Assembly: GCA_963749495.1 (NCBI GenBank) | Contig: CAVVMW010000022.1 | Span: 480,001-544,000, forward strand | Direction of reading: 5' to 3' | DNA from: an uncultured bacterium | Lineage (GTDB): Bacteria; Verrucomicrobiota; Verrucomicrobiia; Limisphaerales; UBA8199 | Length of the DNA stretch: 64,000 nt | In this document: one piece after another, positions 30,644 to 44,559 of the stretch | Position numbering within the stretch: position 1 is the first letter of the stretch | Layout of the letters: each line of letters opens with the position of its first letter | Notes under the pieces: model-generated | What the model was told of the DNA's origin: nothing | The model's database searches: none | What the model saw: the letters and a program-made list of their open reading frames with translations, nothing else | Position numbers and translations under genes: made by a program

Positions 30644-31548
30644 GCACGCCACCGTTAGTTCCGCCCCTCAAATGCCAGGGCATCAAGACGAAATTGGCCG
30701 GAGAAATCCGGCGCATTGCCCAGACGCAGCGCTTCGAGCGCTGGGTCGAGCCATTTTGCGGGTCGTGCGTGGTGGCACTGAACGTGCAGCCGGCGCGAGC
30801 GCTGCTGTGTGACTCCAATGTGCACATCATCCGGCTCTACCAGGACATCCAGGCCGGCCAAGTGACTCCCGGGCTGGCACGCGAGTTTCTGACGGCGCAG
30901 GGTGAGAAGCTGAGCGCCGGGGGGGAGGATTATTATTACGCCGTACGGCAGAGGTTTAACCTCCAGCCGTCCTCGCTGGATCTTCTCTTTCTTAACCGGT
31001 CGTGCTTCAACGGGGTGATGAGGTTCAACCGAAAGGGCGAATTCAACGTCCCATACTGCCACAAGAAGGACCGGTTTGCCCAGGCCTACGTGACCAAAAT
31101 CGTTAACCAGATCAGGCGAATCGCGGAGGTGGTAGCGATGCGGGACTGGACTTTCTTGGCCGCCGACTTCCGCGAGACACTGGGAAAGGTGGGGTCACGG
31201 GATTTCGTTTATGCAGACCCACCTTACGCGGGACGGCACGTGGATTATTTCAATTCCTGGTCGGCAGCAGACGAGGAGAGCCTCGCGAGGCTGCTGAAGG
31301 GGCTGCCTTGCGGATTCATCCTGTCAACGTGGCACAGCAACGAATTCCGGACGAACGCGACCATCGGCAGCGTCTGGAGTTGCCCGGGATTCCACGTGCT
31401 GACACGGGAGCATTTTTACCACGTCGGCTCCTCCGAAGACCTGCGGCACGCCATGGTCGAAGCGCTCATTACGAATTTCGCGGCCGGGCGGGATGAACCG
31501 CCGCCCCTCAGGGCCTCGGAGCAGTTGGCGTTTTTCGAGCGCGCGTGA
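30640..31548 (+). CDS. Dam/M.EcoRV-family N6-adenine DNA methyltransferase
   Basis: PPLKCQGIKTKL, EPFCGS, LNRSCFNG..RFN..GEFNVP, YADPPY. Confidence 0.92.
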   Translation: MSTPPLVPPLKCQGIKTKLAGEIRRIAQTQRFERWVEPFCGSCVVALNVQPARALLCDSNVHIIRLYQDIQAGQVTPGLAREFLTAQGEKLSAGGEDYYYAVRQRFNLQPSSLDLLFLNRSCFNGVMRFNRKGEFNVPYCHKKDRFAQAYVTKIVNQIRRIAEVVAMRDWTFLAADFRETLGKVGSRDFVYADPPYAGRHVDYFNSWSAADEESLARLLKGLPCGFILSTWHSNEFRTNATIGSVWSCPGFHVLTREHFYHVGSSEDLRHAMVEALITNFAAGRDEPPPLRASEQLAFFERA

Positions 31549-31715
31549 GGGGTCCACGTGAATTAGGGCGCGCGGAGTGTTAACGCAGGATGGGGAAGGT
31601 AGCGCACGGGTCAATGGGAGGTCCGCCTCGACAAAGGTGGCGACAAAGGCGCGGCGGACCCTGGGGGCGCGCTACCCGATAGTGAGGCTGCGGGCGCCTT
31701 GGGAGCGCGGGAGGG

Positions 31716-32714
31716 TCAGGAGGGGATGGGGTACTGCGAGATGGCCTTCATGTATTGGGCGCGCTCGAAGGCGCTGGGGTCGGCGCAGTTTTTCTGGCTG
31801 AGGCTGCCTTTGAGCTGGGCGACGGACTCGTATTCGTGTTCTTCCATCCAAGCGACGAGGTCGCGTTCGATGACACCGATTTGGCGCGGGCCGTGGCGGA
31901 TAATGGCGGAGCAGAGCATCGCCACGTCGGCCCCGGCCATGAGGACCTTGAGGACGTCGGTGCCGCGATGGATGCCGCTGGTGGCGGCAAGGCTGGGGCG
32001 GACCCGGCCGTAGAGCAGGGCGATCCAGCGCAACGGCAGGCGCATTGCCATGGGGGTGCTGAGCAGGATGTTGGGCTTGACCTCAAGGGTCTCCAGCTCG
32101 ATGTCGGGCTGATAGAAGCGGTTGAAGAGCACCAGGCCGTTGGCGCCGCACTGCTCCAGGCGCTTGGCCATGTAGGCGAAGTTGGTGAAGAATGGGCTGA
32201 GCTTGACGGCCACCGGCATGGTCACCACCGCTTTGACCGCCTTGAGGATGTCGAGATAGGTCTGCTCGATTTGGGCGGAGGAGACGCTCATGTCCGTGGG
32301 GATGTAATAGATGTTGAGCTCGAGGGCGTCGGCGCCGGCCTCCTGGATGGCCTTGGCGTGGGCGGTCCAACTGCCGGCGGACGAGCCGTTGAGGCTGGCG
32401 ATGATGGGGATGCCGGTGGTTTTCTTGGCCTTGGAGATGTGCTCGAGGTATTCCTCCGGGCCGAGCCGGAACTGGTCGGGCTCGGGGAAATAGGTCAGGG
32501 CCTCGGGGAAGCTGTAGGTGCCCTGTTCCATGTGACGGTCCAACTCGGCGCGGTCCTGGCGCAACTGCTCCTCGAAGAGGGAAGCCAGGACGATGGCGGA
32601 GGCGCCGGCGTCTTCCATGGCCTTGATGGTGTCGAGGTCCTCGGAGAGCGGCGATGCGGAAGGGACCAGCGGCGTGCGCAGTTTTAGCCCGAGGTACGCG
32701 GTAGAGAGATCCAT
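31716..32714 (-). CDS. Dihydroorotate dehydrogenase-like protein (PFOR-associated)
   Basis: LSTAYLGLKL..PLVPSASPL, ALELNIY, VKLSPFF, LVLFNRFYQPD, FERAQY. Confidence 0.9.
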   Translation of the reverse strand: MDLSTAYLGLKLRTPLVPSASPLSEDLDTIKAMEDAGASAIVLASLFEEQLRQDRAELDRHMEQGTYSFPEALTYFPEPDQFRLGPEEYLEHISKAKKTTGIPIIASLNGSSAGSWTAHAKAIQEAGADALELNIYYIPTDMSVSSAQIEQTYLDILKAVKAVVTMPVAVKLSPFFTNFAYMAKRLEQCGANGLVLFNRFYQPDIELETLEVKPNILLSTPMAMRLPLRWIALLYGRVRPSLAATSGIHRGTDVLKVLMAGADVAMLCSAIIRHGPRQIGVIERDLVAWMEEHEYESVAQLKGSLSQKNCADPSAFERAQYMKAISQYPIPS

Positions 32715-32756
32715 AATGATATATGACCGGGATTTGCGGCGGGATGGTTATTTCGA

Positions 32757-32826
32757 TGAAACGTGAAACGTGAAACGTGATGCGTGAAACGTGAAACGTG
32801 AAACGTGATGCGTGAAACGTGAAACG
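32757..32826. repeat. Heptamer tandem array (TGAAACG/TGATGCG)n
   Basis: About 10 consecutive 7-mers between PFOR and the DHODH-like gene. Confidence 0.9.
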
Positions 32827-32857
32827 CGTGGGATTGAGGTTTCCGGCGGGATGGTTG

Positions 32858-35800
32858 TTACGATTGCGGTTGGGCCGGAGACTGGGGTTTGGCCGCGGCC
32901 GGCGGGCCATTCTTGAAGTCGCGCCCGGCCAGGTACTGGTAGTAGAGCCAGCGCCGGTCGGCATCCTGTTGGGCCTGGGCGAAGAACTTCTTGGCATCGT
33001 CGGGCTTGCTCTTGGTGAGCATCTTGAAGCGGTTCTCGGAGAGGAGGAAGTCCTCGACCTTGGTCTTGGCGGCGGCCGAATCGAGCAGGAGCGGGTTTTC
33101 GCCCCGTTCGGCGCGGCGCGGGTCGAAGCGGTAGAGCAGCCATTGGCCGGACTCGACGGCCAGGCGCTGCTGGCGGGCGCCGACGCCGCGGTCGACGTCG
33201 ATGCCGTGGGCGATGCAGTGGCTGTAAGCGATGATGAGCGAGGGGCCCGGGTAGGACTCGGCCTCGATGAAGGCCCGGAGGGTCTGCTCGTCCTTGGCGC
33301 CCATGGCCACGCTGGCCACGTACACACTGCCGTAAGCCATGGCGATGAGTCCGAGGTCTTTTTTGCGCAGCGGTTTGCCCCCGGCGGCAAATTTGGCGAC
33401 CGCGCCGCGCGGGGTCGACTTCGAGCACTGCCCGCCGGTATTGGAATAGACCTCGGTGTCGAGGACCAGGACGTTGACGTTGCGACCGCTGGCCAGGACA
33501 TGGTCCAGGCCGCCGTAGCCGATGTCGTAGGCCCAGCCGTCGCCGCCGATGACCCAGACGCTGCGCCGCACCAGGTTGTCGGCAATGGCCAAGAGCATCC
33601 TGGCGTCGCTGCCGGTCTGGCCGGCCAGCTTCTGTTTGAGGGCGGCGACGCGCTCGCGCTGCTCATAGATGCCCGCCTCGTCGGTCTGGACGGCCTGGAG
33701 GATGCCGGTGACGAAGTCGTCGCCGAGCTTCGGGGCAAGCCTTTGGAGCAGTTCGCCGGCGAACTCCTTCTGCTTGTCGATCGAGGCGCGGAAGCCCAGC
33801 CCGAACTCAGCGTTGTCCTCGAAGAGCGAGTTGTTCCAGGTGGGGCCGCGGCCGTCCTGGTTGTGGGCATATGGGGTGGTAGGCAGGTTGCCGCCGTAGA
33901 TCGAGGAGCAGCCGGTGGCGTTGCCGGCGACGATGCGGTCGCCAAAGAGCTGGGTGAGCAACTTCAGGTAGGGGGTCTCGCCGCAGCCGGCGCAGGCGCC
34001 GCTGAACTCGAAGAGCGGCTCCATGACCTGCTGCTGGCGCAGTTGGGTGAGCCTGACCTTGCGCCGGTCCATTTCGGGCAGGGCCAGGAAGAAGTTGAAG
34101 TTGTCCCGTTCGGTCAGGCGGAGCGGGGGCTGGGGACGCATGTTGATGGCCTTGAGCTTGACCTCGGTCTTGTTCTTTGCCGGGCAGACCTCGACGCAGA
34201 GGCAACAGCCGGTGCAGTCTTCCGGGGCGACCTGGAGGGTCCACTTGAGGCCCTTCCATTCCGGGGCGCGGGCGTCGGTGCTCTTGAAGGTGGGCGGGGC
34301 GCCGGCCAGCCGGGCCGGGTCGTAGGCCTTCATGCGGATCGAGGCATGAGGGCAGATGGCGACGCACTTGCCGCATTGGATGCAGGTCTTTTCGTCCCAC
34401 ACGGGGATTTCGACGGCCAGATTGCGTTTCTCGTAGCGCGCGGTGCCGGTGGGGAATGTGCCGTCGGGCCGGAAGGCGCTCACGGGCAGCTCATCGCCGC
34501 GGTTGCCATAGATGACGCCCAGGGTCCGGGCGATTTCGGCGGGGGCGTCCGCGGTAAAGGGCGGAGGCAGTTCGTGGAGGCTGCTGGGCTGGGCGGGGAC
34601 TTTGACCTCGAAGAGGTTGGCGAGGGTCTGGTCCACGGCGGCGATGTTTTGCTGGACGACCTCCTCGCCCTTGCGGCCGTAAGTCTTCTTGATGGTGTAC
34701 TTGATTTGGTCGATGGCCTGGTCGCGGGGCAGGACGCCCGACAGGGCGAAGAAGCAGGTCTGCATGATGGTGTTGATGCGGGAGCCCATGCCCGTGGCGC
34801 GGGCGACACTCAGGGCATCGATGACATAGAACTTGACCTTCTTTTTGATGAGGCCCTCCTGGACGGGCCGGGGGAGTTTGTCCCAGACCGCCTCAGGGCT
34901 GTAGGGGGAATTGAGCAGGAATGTGCCGCCCGCAACCAGGGGCTGGAGCATGTCGTAGCGGTCCAGGAAGACCGGCTGGTGGCAGGCGACGAAATTGGCG
35001 CTGGAGACCAGGTAGGTCGAGCGAATGGGACTGGGCCCGAAGCGGAGGTGCGAGATCGTGACCGCGCCGGCCTTCTTGGAGTCATAGACAAAGTAACCCT
35101 GCGCGTAGTTGTCGGTGTTCTCGCCGATGATCTTGATGGAGTTCTTGTTGGCGCCGACGGTGCCATCGGAACCGAGGCCGTAAAAGAGGGCGCGAACGAC
35201 CTGGTCCGGCTCGGTCGAGAAATCCGGGTCGCAGTCCAGGCTGACGTGGCTGACGTCGTCGGTGATGCCGACCGTGAAATGGTTTTTTGGGCTGGGGGCG
35301 GCCAGGTTATCCAGGGCGGCCTTGACCATGACCGGGGTGAACTCCTTGGAGGAGAGGCCGTAACGCCCGCACAGGACCCTGGGCATGGAGCGGAGCCGGC
35401 CCCAGCCGGAGGCCAGGCCCTCGTTGAGGGCGGCGACGACGTCCAGATAGAGCGGCTCGCCCTGGGACCCGGGTTCCTTGGTCCGGTCCAGGACAGCGAT
35501 GGACCTGACGCTGGAGGGGAGGGCCTCGATGAGGCGCCGGGGATCGAACGGGCGGAAGAGGCGGACCTTGAGGACGCCGGCCTTGCAGCCGCGCTGGTTG
35601 AGGTATTCGACGGTCTCGTGGGCGGTTTCGCAGCCGGAGCCCATCAGGATGACGACCCGCTCGGCGTCCGGGTGGCCGACGTACTGGAAGGGTTTATAGC
35701 AGCGCCCGGTCAGGGCGGCGAAGCGGTCCATGACCTGCTCGACGATGTCCGGGCATCTGGCATAGAACGGGTTGCAGGACTCGCGGGCCTGGAAGAAGAC

Positions 35801-36520
35801 GTCGGGGTTCTGGGCGGTGCCGCGCAGGACGGGGCGGTCCGGGTTCATGGCGCGCTGGCGGTGGGCGATGACGAAATCCTCGTTGATCATGGCGCGCATG
35901 ACCTCCTCGCCGACCATGGCGATCTTGGAGACCTCGTGCGAGGTGCGGAAGCCGTCGAAGAAGTGGAGGAAGGGGATGCGGCTTTCGAGCGTGGCGGCCT
36001 GGGCGATGAGGGCAAAGTCCATGGCCTCCTGGACGCTGGCGGAGCTGAGCATGGCAAACCCGGTGGTCCGGGCGGCCATGACGTCGCTGTGGTCGCCGAA
36101 GATGGACAAGGCATGGGTGGCCAGGGTGCGGGCGGAGATGTGGAAGACCGCCGGGGTGAGTTCGCCGGCGATCTTGAACATGTTGGGGATCTTGAGCAGC
36201 AGGCCCTGGGAGGCGGTGAAGGTGCAGGTCAAGGCGCCGGTCTGGAGGGCGCCGTGGACGGCGCCGGCCGCGCCGCCTTCGCTTTGCATCTCAACGACCT
36301 GGGGGATGGTGCCCCAGAGGTTGCGCACCCCCTCGGAGGCCCACTGATCGCACCATTCACCCATGTTCGAGGAGGGCGTGATCGGGTAAATGCCCATGAC
36401 TTCGTTGCAGCGATAGGCCACATAGGCCACCGCTTCGTTGCCATCCAGGGTCTTGTACTCGACGCCATTGGCGGCCGGGGTGTGGTCGGGGGTGTGAACG
36501 GGTGAAGGCTTGGCGGACAT
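32858..36520 (-). CDS. nifJ: Pyruvate:ferredoxin/flavodoxin oxidoreductase
   Basis: YPITPSS, EMQSEGGAAG, CIQCGKC..CP, CTGCCLC..CP, GACAGCGET, GGDGWAYDIG. Confidence 0.97.
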   Translation of the reverse strand: MSAKPSPVHTPDHTPAANGVEYKTLDGNEAVAYVAYRCNEVMGIYPITPSSNMGEWCDQWASEGVRNLWGTIPQVVEMQSEGGAAGAVHGALQTGALTCTFTASQGLLLKIPNMFKIAGELTPAVFHISARTLATHALSIFGDHSDVMAARTTGFAMLSSASVQEAMDFALIAQAATLESRIPFLHFFDGFRTSHEVSKIAMVGEEVMRAMINEDFVIAHRQRAMNPDRPVLRGTAQNPDVFFQARESCNPFYARCPDIVEQVMDRFAALTGRCYKPFQYVGHPDAERVVILMGSGCETAHETVEYLNQRGCKAGVLKVRLFRPFDPRRLIEALPSSVRSIAVLDRTKEPGSQGEPLYLDVVAALNEGLASGWGRLRSMPRVLCGRYGLSSKEFTPVMVKAALDNLAAPSPKNHFTVGITDDVSHVSLDCDPDFSTEPDQVVRALFYGLGSDGTVGANKNSIKIIGENTDNYAQGYFVYDSKKAGAVTISHLRFGPSPIRSTYLVSSANFVACHQPVFLDRYDMLQPLVAGGTFLLNSPYSPEAVWDKLPRPVQEGLIKKKVKFYVIDALSVARATGMGSRINTIMQTCFFALSGVLPRDQAIDQIKYTIKKTYGRKGEEVVQQNIAAVDQTLANLFEVKVPAQPSSLHELPPPFTADAPAEIARTLGVIYGNRGDELPVSAFRPDGTFPTGTARYEKRNLAVEIPVWDEKTCIQCGKCVAICPHASIRMKAYDPARLAGAPPTFKSTDARAPEWKGLKWTLQVAPEDCTGCCLCVEVCPAKNKTEVKLKAINMRPQPPLRLTERDNFNFFLALPEMDRRKVRLTQLRQQQVMEPLFEFSGACAGCGETPYLKLLTQLFGDRIVAGNATGCSSIYGGNLPTTPYAHNQDGRGPTWNNSLFEDNAEFGLGFRASIDKQKEFAGELLQRLAPKLGDDFVTGILQAVQTDEAGIYEQRERVAALKQKLAGQTGSDARMLLAIADNLVRRSVWVIGGDGWAYDIGYGGLDHVLASGRNVNVLVLDTEVYSNTGGQCSKSTPRGAVAKFAAGGKPLRKKDLGLIAMAYGSVYVASVAMGAKDEQTLRAFIEAESYPGPSLIIAYSHCIAHGIDVDRGVGARQQRLAVESGQWLLYRFDPRRAERGENPLLLDSAAAKTKVEDFLLSENRFKMLTKSKPDDAKKFFAQAQQDADRRWLYYQYLAGRDFKNGPPAAAKPQSPAQPQS

Positions 36521-36553
36521 AATCGATGGAATTCGGAAGATTGCAGGTGCGGG

Positions 36554-39340
36554 TTAGAGAAGGATTTCGGCGCGGAAGTCCGCATCGGCGGCCTCCCGGT
36601 TGAGTTGGAAGCCGACGCGTTTGGCGACGTGCTGCATGGCGTGGTTTTCCTTGAGCATGGTGGCGCTGATGCGCTCCAGTTTCTCCTGGCGCCCAATCTC
36701 GACCAGGCGCTTGAGCAATTCGGTGCCCAGGCCCTGGCGCTGCCAGTGGTCGCTGATGATCAGGGCGAACTCCGCCTCGTTGAGCCCCCGCAGCTTGCTC
36801 AGCCGCCCCACCCCCAGGATTTCCACCGCCCCGGACTTGGCGTCCTTGTGCTCGGCTACCAGGGGGATCTCACGGTCGTAGTCGTTGAAGCACATGCGCG
36901 TCAGGCGCTCGTGGGCGATGCGCTGGTCCAGCTTGAGCTGGGTGAAGTAGCGGTAATAGACGCTCTCCTCGGACAGCGTTTCATGGAATTTCACCATGAT
37001 AGGCTCGTCCTCGGGGCGAATGGGGCGGATGACGACTGTGGCGCCGCTCTTCAAGGTCCAGGGCCCGACGTATTGGGTGGGGTAAGGCCGGATGGCGGGG
37101 GCCGGCAGCTTGTCCTCGGTGAGGCCCTTGCCGTGGAGCACCACGCGCGCGTCCAGGGCGATCAGCCGCTCGGACGAGGCCAGGAGCGGGTTGATATCGA
37201 TCTCGGCAATCCACGGCTGCTCGACCACCAACTGGCTGAAGCGCACCAGCAGTTCCTCCAGGGCGGGGAGGTTGACCGGTTTGCGGCCGCGCACGCCCTT
37301 GAGGGCCTGGAAGATGTGGGTCTGCTCCATCATCCGGCGGGCGAGCGTGGCATTGAGGGGAGGCAGGCCCAGGGAGCGGTCCTTGAAGACCTCGACCAAC
37401 TGGCCGCCGGCCCCGAAGAGCAGCACCGGGCCGAATTGCGGGTCCTGGCTGCTGCCGATGATCAACTCGTAGCCGTTGAGGTTGATCATGGGCTGGACGG
37501 TCACGCCCAGGAAATGCTCTTTGCCGGCGCGCTTCTCGACCGAGGTGGCGATGAGGTTCCAGGCGCGGCGCACCGCCGTGGCGGCGCGCAGGTTGAGCTG
37601 CACCCCGCCCACGTCGGTCTTGTGGGTGATCGTCTCCGAATAGAGCTTGAGCACGACCGGATAGCCGATCTCCTCGGCCAGCTTGACGGCGCTCTCCTCG
37701 GTCTTGGCGACGCGGGTGTCAACGGTGGGAATGCCGTAGGCGCTGAGGAGTTGCTTGGACTCGAACTCGGTGAGGATAGTGCGGTCCTGCTTGCGGACGG
37801 TCTGGATGAGGGTCCCGGCCTTGGCGCGGCCGGCGGCATCGGCGCTTTGATCGGCCAGCAGGGCGGGCGTTTCGTAGAGCGAGCGCAGGTTATACGTGTA
37901 GCGATACATGTAGTGGAAGGCGCGGGCGGCGGTATCCGGGTACTTGAAGGTGGGGATGCCGGCCTCGTTGAGGATGTCCTCGCCGGGCTCGACCTCTTTG
38001 CCGCCCATCCAGCAGGCCAGCAGCGGTTTGCCGGTCGCCTTGGCGTAGGGCTTCAACTGTTCGGCGGTGCCGGTGGGGTCGGTCATCGCCTGCGGTGTGA
38101 GGATGATGAGCATGCCGTCGCTGCCGGGGTCGGCGGCGGCGATTTGCACCGCCTTGGCGTAGCGCTCGGGGCCGGCGTCGCCCAGGATGTCGATGGGATT
38201 GTTGTGGCTCCAGGCGGGCGGGAGCAGCTTGTTGAATTCGGCCATGGTTTGAGCCGAAGGCTCGGCCAGGCACCCGCCGCTGCTGATGAGCATGTCGGTG
38301 GCCAGCACGCCCGGGCCGCCGGCGTTGGTGAGGATGGTCAGGCGCGGACCCGAGGGGCGCGGCTGCTTGGCCAGGACCTCGGCCATGTGGAACAGTTCGG
38401 CGATGGTCTCGACGCGCAGGACGCCGACGCGGCGGAAGGCGGCCTGGAAGACCTCGTCGCTGCCGGTCAGCGCGCCGGTGTGGGAGGCGGCGGCTTTGGC
38501 AGCCGCTTCGGTGCACCCGACCTTGATAACGATGATCGGCTTGGTCAGGGCCACCTCGCGGGCGGCGGAGAGGAAGTAGCGGGCGTCGCCGATCGATTCC
38601 ATGTAAAGGATGATGCTCTTGGTGTGGGGATCGTCGCCCAGGTAATAGATCAGGTCGCCCCAGTTCACATCGAGCATCGAACCGATCGAGACGAAGGCGC
38701 TGAAGCCGACGTTTTCACGCAAGGACCAGTCGAGAATGGCGGTGCAGAGGGCGCCGCTTTGGCTGATGAAGCCCAGGCTGCCAGGCAGGGCGATCGTGCC
38801 GGCGAAGGTGGCATTGAGGCCGATGTGCGGCATCATCACCCCGAGGCAATTCGGGCCGATCAGGCGCATCTTGCCCCGGCGGGCCTCCGCCAGGACCTTG
38901 CGCTCCAGTTCCACTCCGGCCGCGCCCGTCTCCTTGAAGCCGGCCGAGATGATGACCGCGGCCGGCACCCCCGCGTCGGCGCACTCACCGATCAGGCCCG
39001 GCGCGGTGCCGGCGGGGGTCGTGATGACCGCCAAATCCACCTTCTCCGGGACGGCGGCGATGTTCGGATAGGCCTTGACGCACAGGACACTGGAGCGTTT
39101 GGGATTCACGGGATAGACCGTGCCGCCAAAGCCGCCCCGGCCCAAGTTTTGAAAGACGGTGCGGCCAACGCTGCCTTTGTTCTCGGTAGCTCCGATCACG
39201 GCAACCACCTTGGGAGCGAGGATCGAATCCAGGGGGTGCCGCCGCACATGGCGCAGAATGTCATGCGCCGGTTCGGCACGGTGAGTCGTGGGGGGAGCCG
39301 TGGTGGGGGTCGTGGTGGGGGTCGTGGTGGGGGTCTGCAT
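36554..39340 (-). CDS. ADP-forming acetate-CoA ligase family / GNAT acetyltransferase fusion (Pat/Pka-like)
   Basis: CoA-binding VIGAT..SVG, GPNCLG, SQSGA, SHTG, TNAGGPG, ATP-grasp HKTDVGGV, C-terminal GNAT WQRQGLG. Confidence 0.93.
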   Translation of the reverse strand: MQTPTTTPTTTPTTAPPTTHRAEPAHDILRHVRRHPLDSILAPKVVAVIGATENKGSVGRTVFQNLGRGGFGGTVYPVNPKRSSVLCVKAYPNIAAVPEKVDLAVITTPAGTAPGLIGECADAGVPAAVIISAGFKETGAAGVELERKVLAEARRGKMRLIGPNCLGVMMPHIGLNATFAGTIALPGSLGFISQSGALCTAILDWSLRENVGFSAFVSIGSMLDVNWGDLIYYLGDDPHTKSIILYMESIGDARYFLSAAREVALTKPIIVIKVGCTEAAAKAAASHTGALTGSDEVFQAAFRRVGVLRVETIAELFHMAEVLAKQPRPSGPRLTILTNAGGPGVLATDMLISSGGCLAEPSAQTMAEFNKLLPPAWSHNNPIDILGDAGPERYAKAVQIAAADPGSDGMLIILTPQAMTDPTGTAEQLKPYAKATGKPLLACWMGGKEVEPGEDILNEAGIPTFKYPDTAARAFHYMYRYTYNLRSLYETPALLADQSADAAGRAKAGTLIQTVRKQDRTILTEFESKQLLSAYGIPTVDTRVAKTEESAVKLAEEIGYPVVLKLYSETITHKTDVGGVQLNLRAATAVRRAWNLIATSVEKRAGKEHFLGVTVQPMINLNGYELIIGSSQDPQFGPVLLFGAGGQLVEVFKDRSLGLPPLNATLARRMMEQTHIFQALKGVRGRKPVNLPALEELLVRFSQLVVEQPWIAEIDINPLLASSERLIALDARVVLHGKGLTEDKLPAPAIRPYPTQYVGPWTLKSGATVVIRPIRPEDEPIMVKFHETLSEESVYYRYFTQLKLDQRIAHERLTRMCFNDYDREIPLVAEHKDAKSGAVEILGVGRLSKLRGLNEAEFALIISDHWQRQGLGTELLKRLVEIGRQEKLERISATMLKENHAMQHVAKRVGFQLNREAADADFRAEILL

Positions 39341-39600
39341 GAGATTATTTTAATTAAGCTGCTTGTCTCTTGCCAAAATCAAGTCTGTCGAGTCTAACAC
39401 TAATCAAGAATGTGCCGCAAAGGCAATTTCCGGGTGCCGGTTTTCATCCCGCACTCAGAACTGTGCCGCCGCCGCCGCTCGCCGACTTCACCGGCCTTGG
39501 CATTTGCTTATCATATTTTGACCATCGTTGCGTGACGCCGTTTGGGTGGAAGGAGCCGGGGCGCAGGAATTCCGGCAAGAGGCGGGTCACGGGTCAGTGA

Positions 39601-39672
39601 AGGCGGAGGCGGAGTCTCCTGGCGGACCCCTCACTCCAACCCTCTCCCCTTCCGAAGGGGTGAAGGAGAAGG
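39601..39672. repeat. CCCTCAC.CC..CCCTCTCCC-type palindromic repeat
   Basis: Same family at 53224-53400 and 57662-57705. Confidence 0.75.
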
Positions 39673-39743
39673 GTCGGCAGTCGCCTGAGCCTCGTGGACC
39701 ATGAACCGGATGGTGACCGCGCGGACCCAGACGCGAACCGTTT

Positions 39744-39820
39744 TGAACTGCGGCAGTCCTCTGCCGCTTTTGGGAGCCCGGGGAGGCCCAAAGCGGCACA
39801 GGCGTGACGCAGTCCAAAAC
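39744..39820. repeat. REP-like element (ACTGCGGCAGTCCTCTGCCGCTTT family)
   Basis: Inverted arms; same family at 61321-61422. Confidence 0.75.
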
Positions 39821-39883
39821 CTTGCGGACTTCGGGAGGTTCATGGCGAGGGGTGAGGCTCGCGGGCTAATGGGGTCCCAACCA

Positions 39884-39923
39884 CATTCGTCATTCGTCAT
39901 TCGTCATTCGTCATTCGTCATTC
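39884..39923. repeat. Heptamer tandem array (CATTCGT)n
   Basis: About 5 copies just downstream of acs. Confidence 0.9.
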
Positions 39924-39940
39924 CCCACTCCGCACTCCCT

Positions 39941-41950
<2,010 letters not shown>

Positions 41951-41991
41951 AATACCTATGAAAGTGCCGCCGCCCGTCGCGGTTGGCAAAT

Positions 41992-42022
41992 AAAAAAGCC
42001 CATCTCCTGCTGAGATGGGCTC
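41992..42022 (-). terminator. Rho-independent terminator of the 42059..42793 gene
   Basis: Minus strand agcccatctc-agcag-gagatgggct followed by a T-run. Confidence 0.8.
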
Positions 42023-42058
42023 GGAAAATGCAAACGGCTTAACCCAGCCGGAGCCGGA

Positions 42059-42793
42059 TTACGGATGGGCGTAAGGACGGGGCGCGCCCGGGACGCCGGA
42101 AGGTTTCGAGAACGAGGGGTCATCGCTGGTGGTCCCGGGCGGAGGCGTCACAAAGGGCGGGCCAATGACCGGCCCCCGCGCCGCCGACGGGTCGGAAGCA
42201 GAGGCCACCGCCGCCGCCATGGCCTGCTCCACGATCAGCGCCACGGGCGGGCTGTCGCTGGTGTTGGCAGCCAGCGCACTCTCGATGCTGGCCTTCAATT
42301 GCGGAAATGCGGCCGCCAAGGCCGCCAATACCGCCCGGTTGGAGCCGGGCGCCGCTTCGCTGGCCGCCACGGCCACCGCCCGGAGACTGCCGGGCACGGC
42401 GCGCGCGACCGCCACCGCTATCTTGGAGGCCTTGCCAGGAGCGGCGGCTGCTGCCGCCTTGGCAATCGCCACCGCCTGTTTGGGCTGCAGCCCGGCAGCG
42501 GTGCCGGCGGCCACTGGAGCCATCTCCGGGACCTTGCCGGAAATCGCGCTCACCACCGCAGGCGCGCTGGCCGGATTGGCCTGTACCGCCGCTTTGACCA
42601 CCTTGACCGTGACCGCGCTCCAGTCGCGGGCCTTGGTCTGTTTGACCAGCTCGGCAGCCTTGGCGGGCATTTCCGCGGCAGGCACCTTGCTCAAAATCCC
42701 GGTGTAGAGATTGGCCTTTGGAGCGTCAGCCCCGACCGCAGTCAGGGCAGCAACACATGCAAGACTTGACAGAATGATCGCAGTTCGTTTCAT
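42059..42793 (-). CDS. Secreted Ala-rich helical-repeat hypothetical protein
   Basis: Signal peptide MKRTAIILSSL..., A..AP..A repeats, Pro-rich tail. Confidence 0.7.
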   Translation of the reverse strand: MKRTAIILSSLACVAALTAVGADAPKANLYTGILSKVPAAEMPAKAAELVKQTKARDWSAVTVKVVKAAVQANPASAPAVVSAISGKVPEMAPVAAGTAAGLQPKQAVAIAKAAAAAAPGKASKIAVAVARAVPGSLRAVAVAASEAAPGSNRAVLAALAAAFPQLKASIESALAANTSDSPPVALIVEQAMAAAVASASDPSAARGPVIGPPFVTPPPGTTSDDPSFSKPSGVPGAPRPYAHP

Positions 42794-43014
42794 AGCGTTC
42801 CCGTTGTAGAACACCGATTATACACTTTACAGAGATTGCCGTTTCTAACCCTGGCATTCTTAGCACCCCCGCGCCAGTGCGTCAATAATAAATTACAACT
42901 TTTTTTTTGGCACATTCGTGGCCGGATGCGCCCGAGGCGCGGGGGCGCATCCAGACACGGCCCCCCCGCACCTTCGAGATCCTGTCGGCAGACTTCAGAA
43001 ACCCTTTAATTTGA

Positions 43015-43803
<789 letters not shown>

Positions 43804-43805
43804 AT

Positions 43806-44444
43806 ATGATGTTCGCATCGCGTGAAGATGCGGGACTGAGGCTGGGCCGCTATCTCAAAGAGGAGCAGATCCAGGCCGAGATAGTCCTGGGCTTGCCGCG
43901 TGGTGGCGTCATCGTCGCCGCCGGGGTGGCCCAGACACTGCAGTTGCCGCTGGACGTGCTCATCGTGCGCAAGCTCGGCCATCCCTTGCACCGGGAGTTC
44001 GCCGTCGGCGCCCTGGCCGAGGGGGACGTGGTGGTGCTGGACGCGGCTGCCGAGGCCATGAATCCGATGCTGCGCGCCATGCTCGGGGAGGTCATCGAGG
44101 AGGAAAAGCAGCGCCTGGCGCGCTACCAGGCCCGGTTTCATCCCCAGGGCCGCCCGATCCTGGACGGCAAGGCCGTGCTGCTCGTCGATGACGGCCTGGC
44201 AACCGGCGCCACGACCGAGGCGGCGGTAGCATCGGCCAGGAAACAACAGGCCCGGAGTGTGGTGGTGGCTGCGCCTGTGGCCTCGACCCACGCGGTCGAG
44301 CGGCTCCAACGCACGGCCGCCCACGTCAAGGTTCTGTTCGCCGACCCGGACTTCGATGCCGTGGGCCGGTATTACGACCAGTTTTCCCAAACTACCGACG
44401 AAGAGGTGCTGGAGGTGCTCCGGCGGGCGCGCGTCCGCCCCTGA
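43806..44444 (+). CDS. Phosphoribosyltransferase family protein
   Basis: LGLPRGG, RKLGHP, LLVDDGLATGAT, AVGRYY..F. Confidence 0.9.
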   Translation: MMFASREDAGLRLGRYLKEEQIQAEIVLGLPRGGVIVAAGVAQTLQLPLDVLIVRKLGHPLHREFAVGALAEGDVVVLDAAAEAMNPMLRAMLGEVIEEEKQRLARYQARFHPQGRPILDGKAVLLVDDGLATGATTEAAVASARKQQARSVVVAAPVASTHAVERLQRTAAHVKVLFADPDFDAVGRYYDQFSQTTDEEVLEVLRRARVRP

Positions 44445-44559
44445 GCGGCCTTCGCAGCCCGCTCGCGCCCCACATGTCCCTTTCCCAGGGTTCCGGGTTC
44501 CGGGTTTAGTCGCCCCGCAGCCCGCTCGCGCCCCGCAGGTCCCTTGTGTCGTTTATGTC

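Noticed and set aside
32757..32826. Tandem arrays or palindromes as CRISPR arrays
   Set aside because: No unique spacers between constant 25-40-bp repeats and no cas genes
39285..39335. 12-bp tandem repeat encoding PTTT in the ligase-GNAT N-terminus
   Set aside because: Ordinary low-complexity extension
32819..39397. Very long plus-strand ORFs (1228 aa, 930 aa) and similar antisense ORFs elsewhere
   Set aside because: Shadow frames of high-GC genes on the opposite strand with no recognisable motifs
39400..39420. Possible sigma54 or FNR site upstream of the ligase-GNAT gene
   Set aside because: GG-N10-GC spacing is not met and only a half FNR site is present
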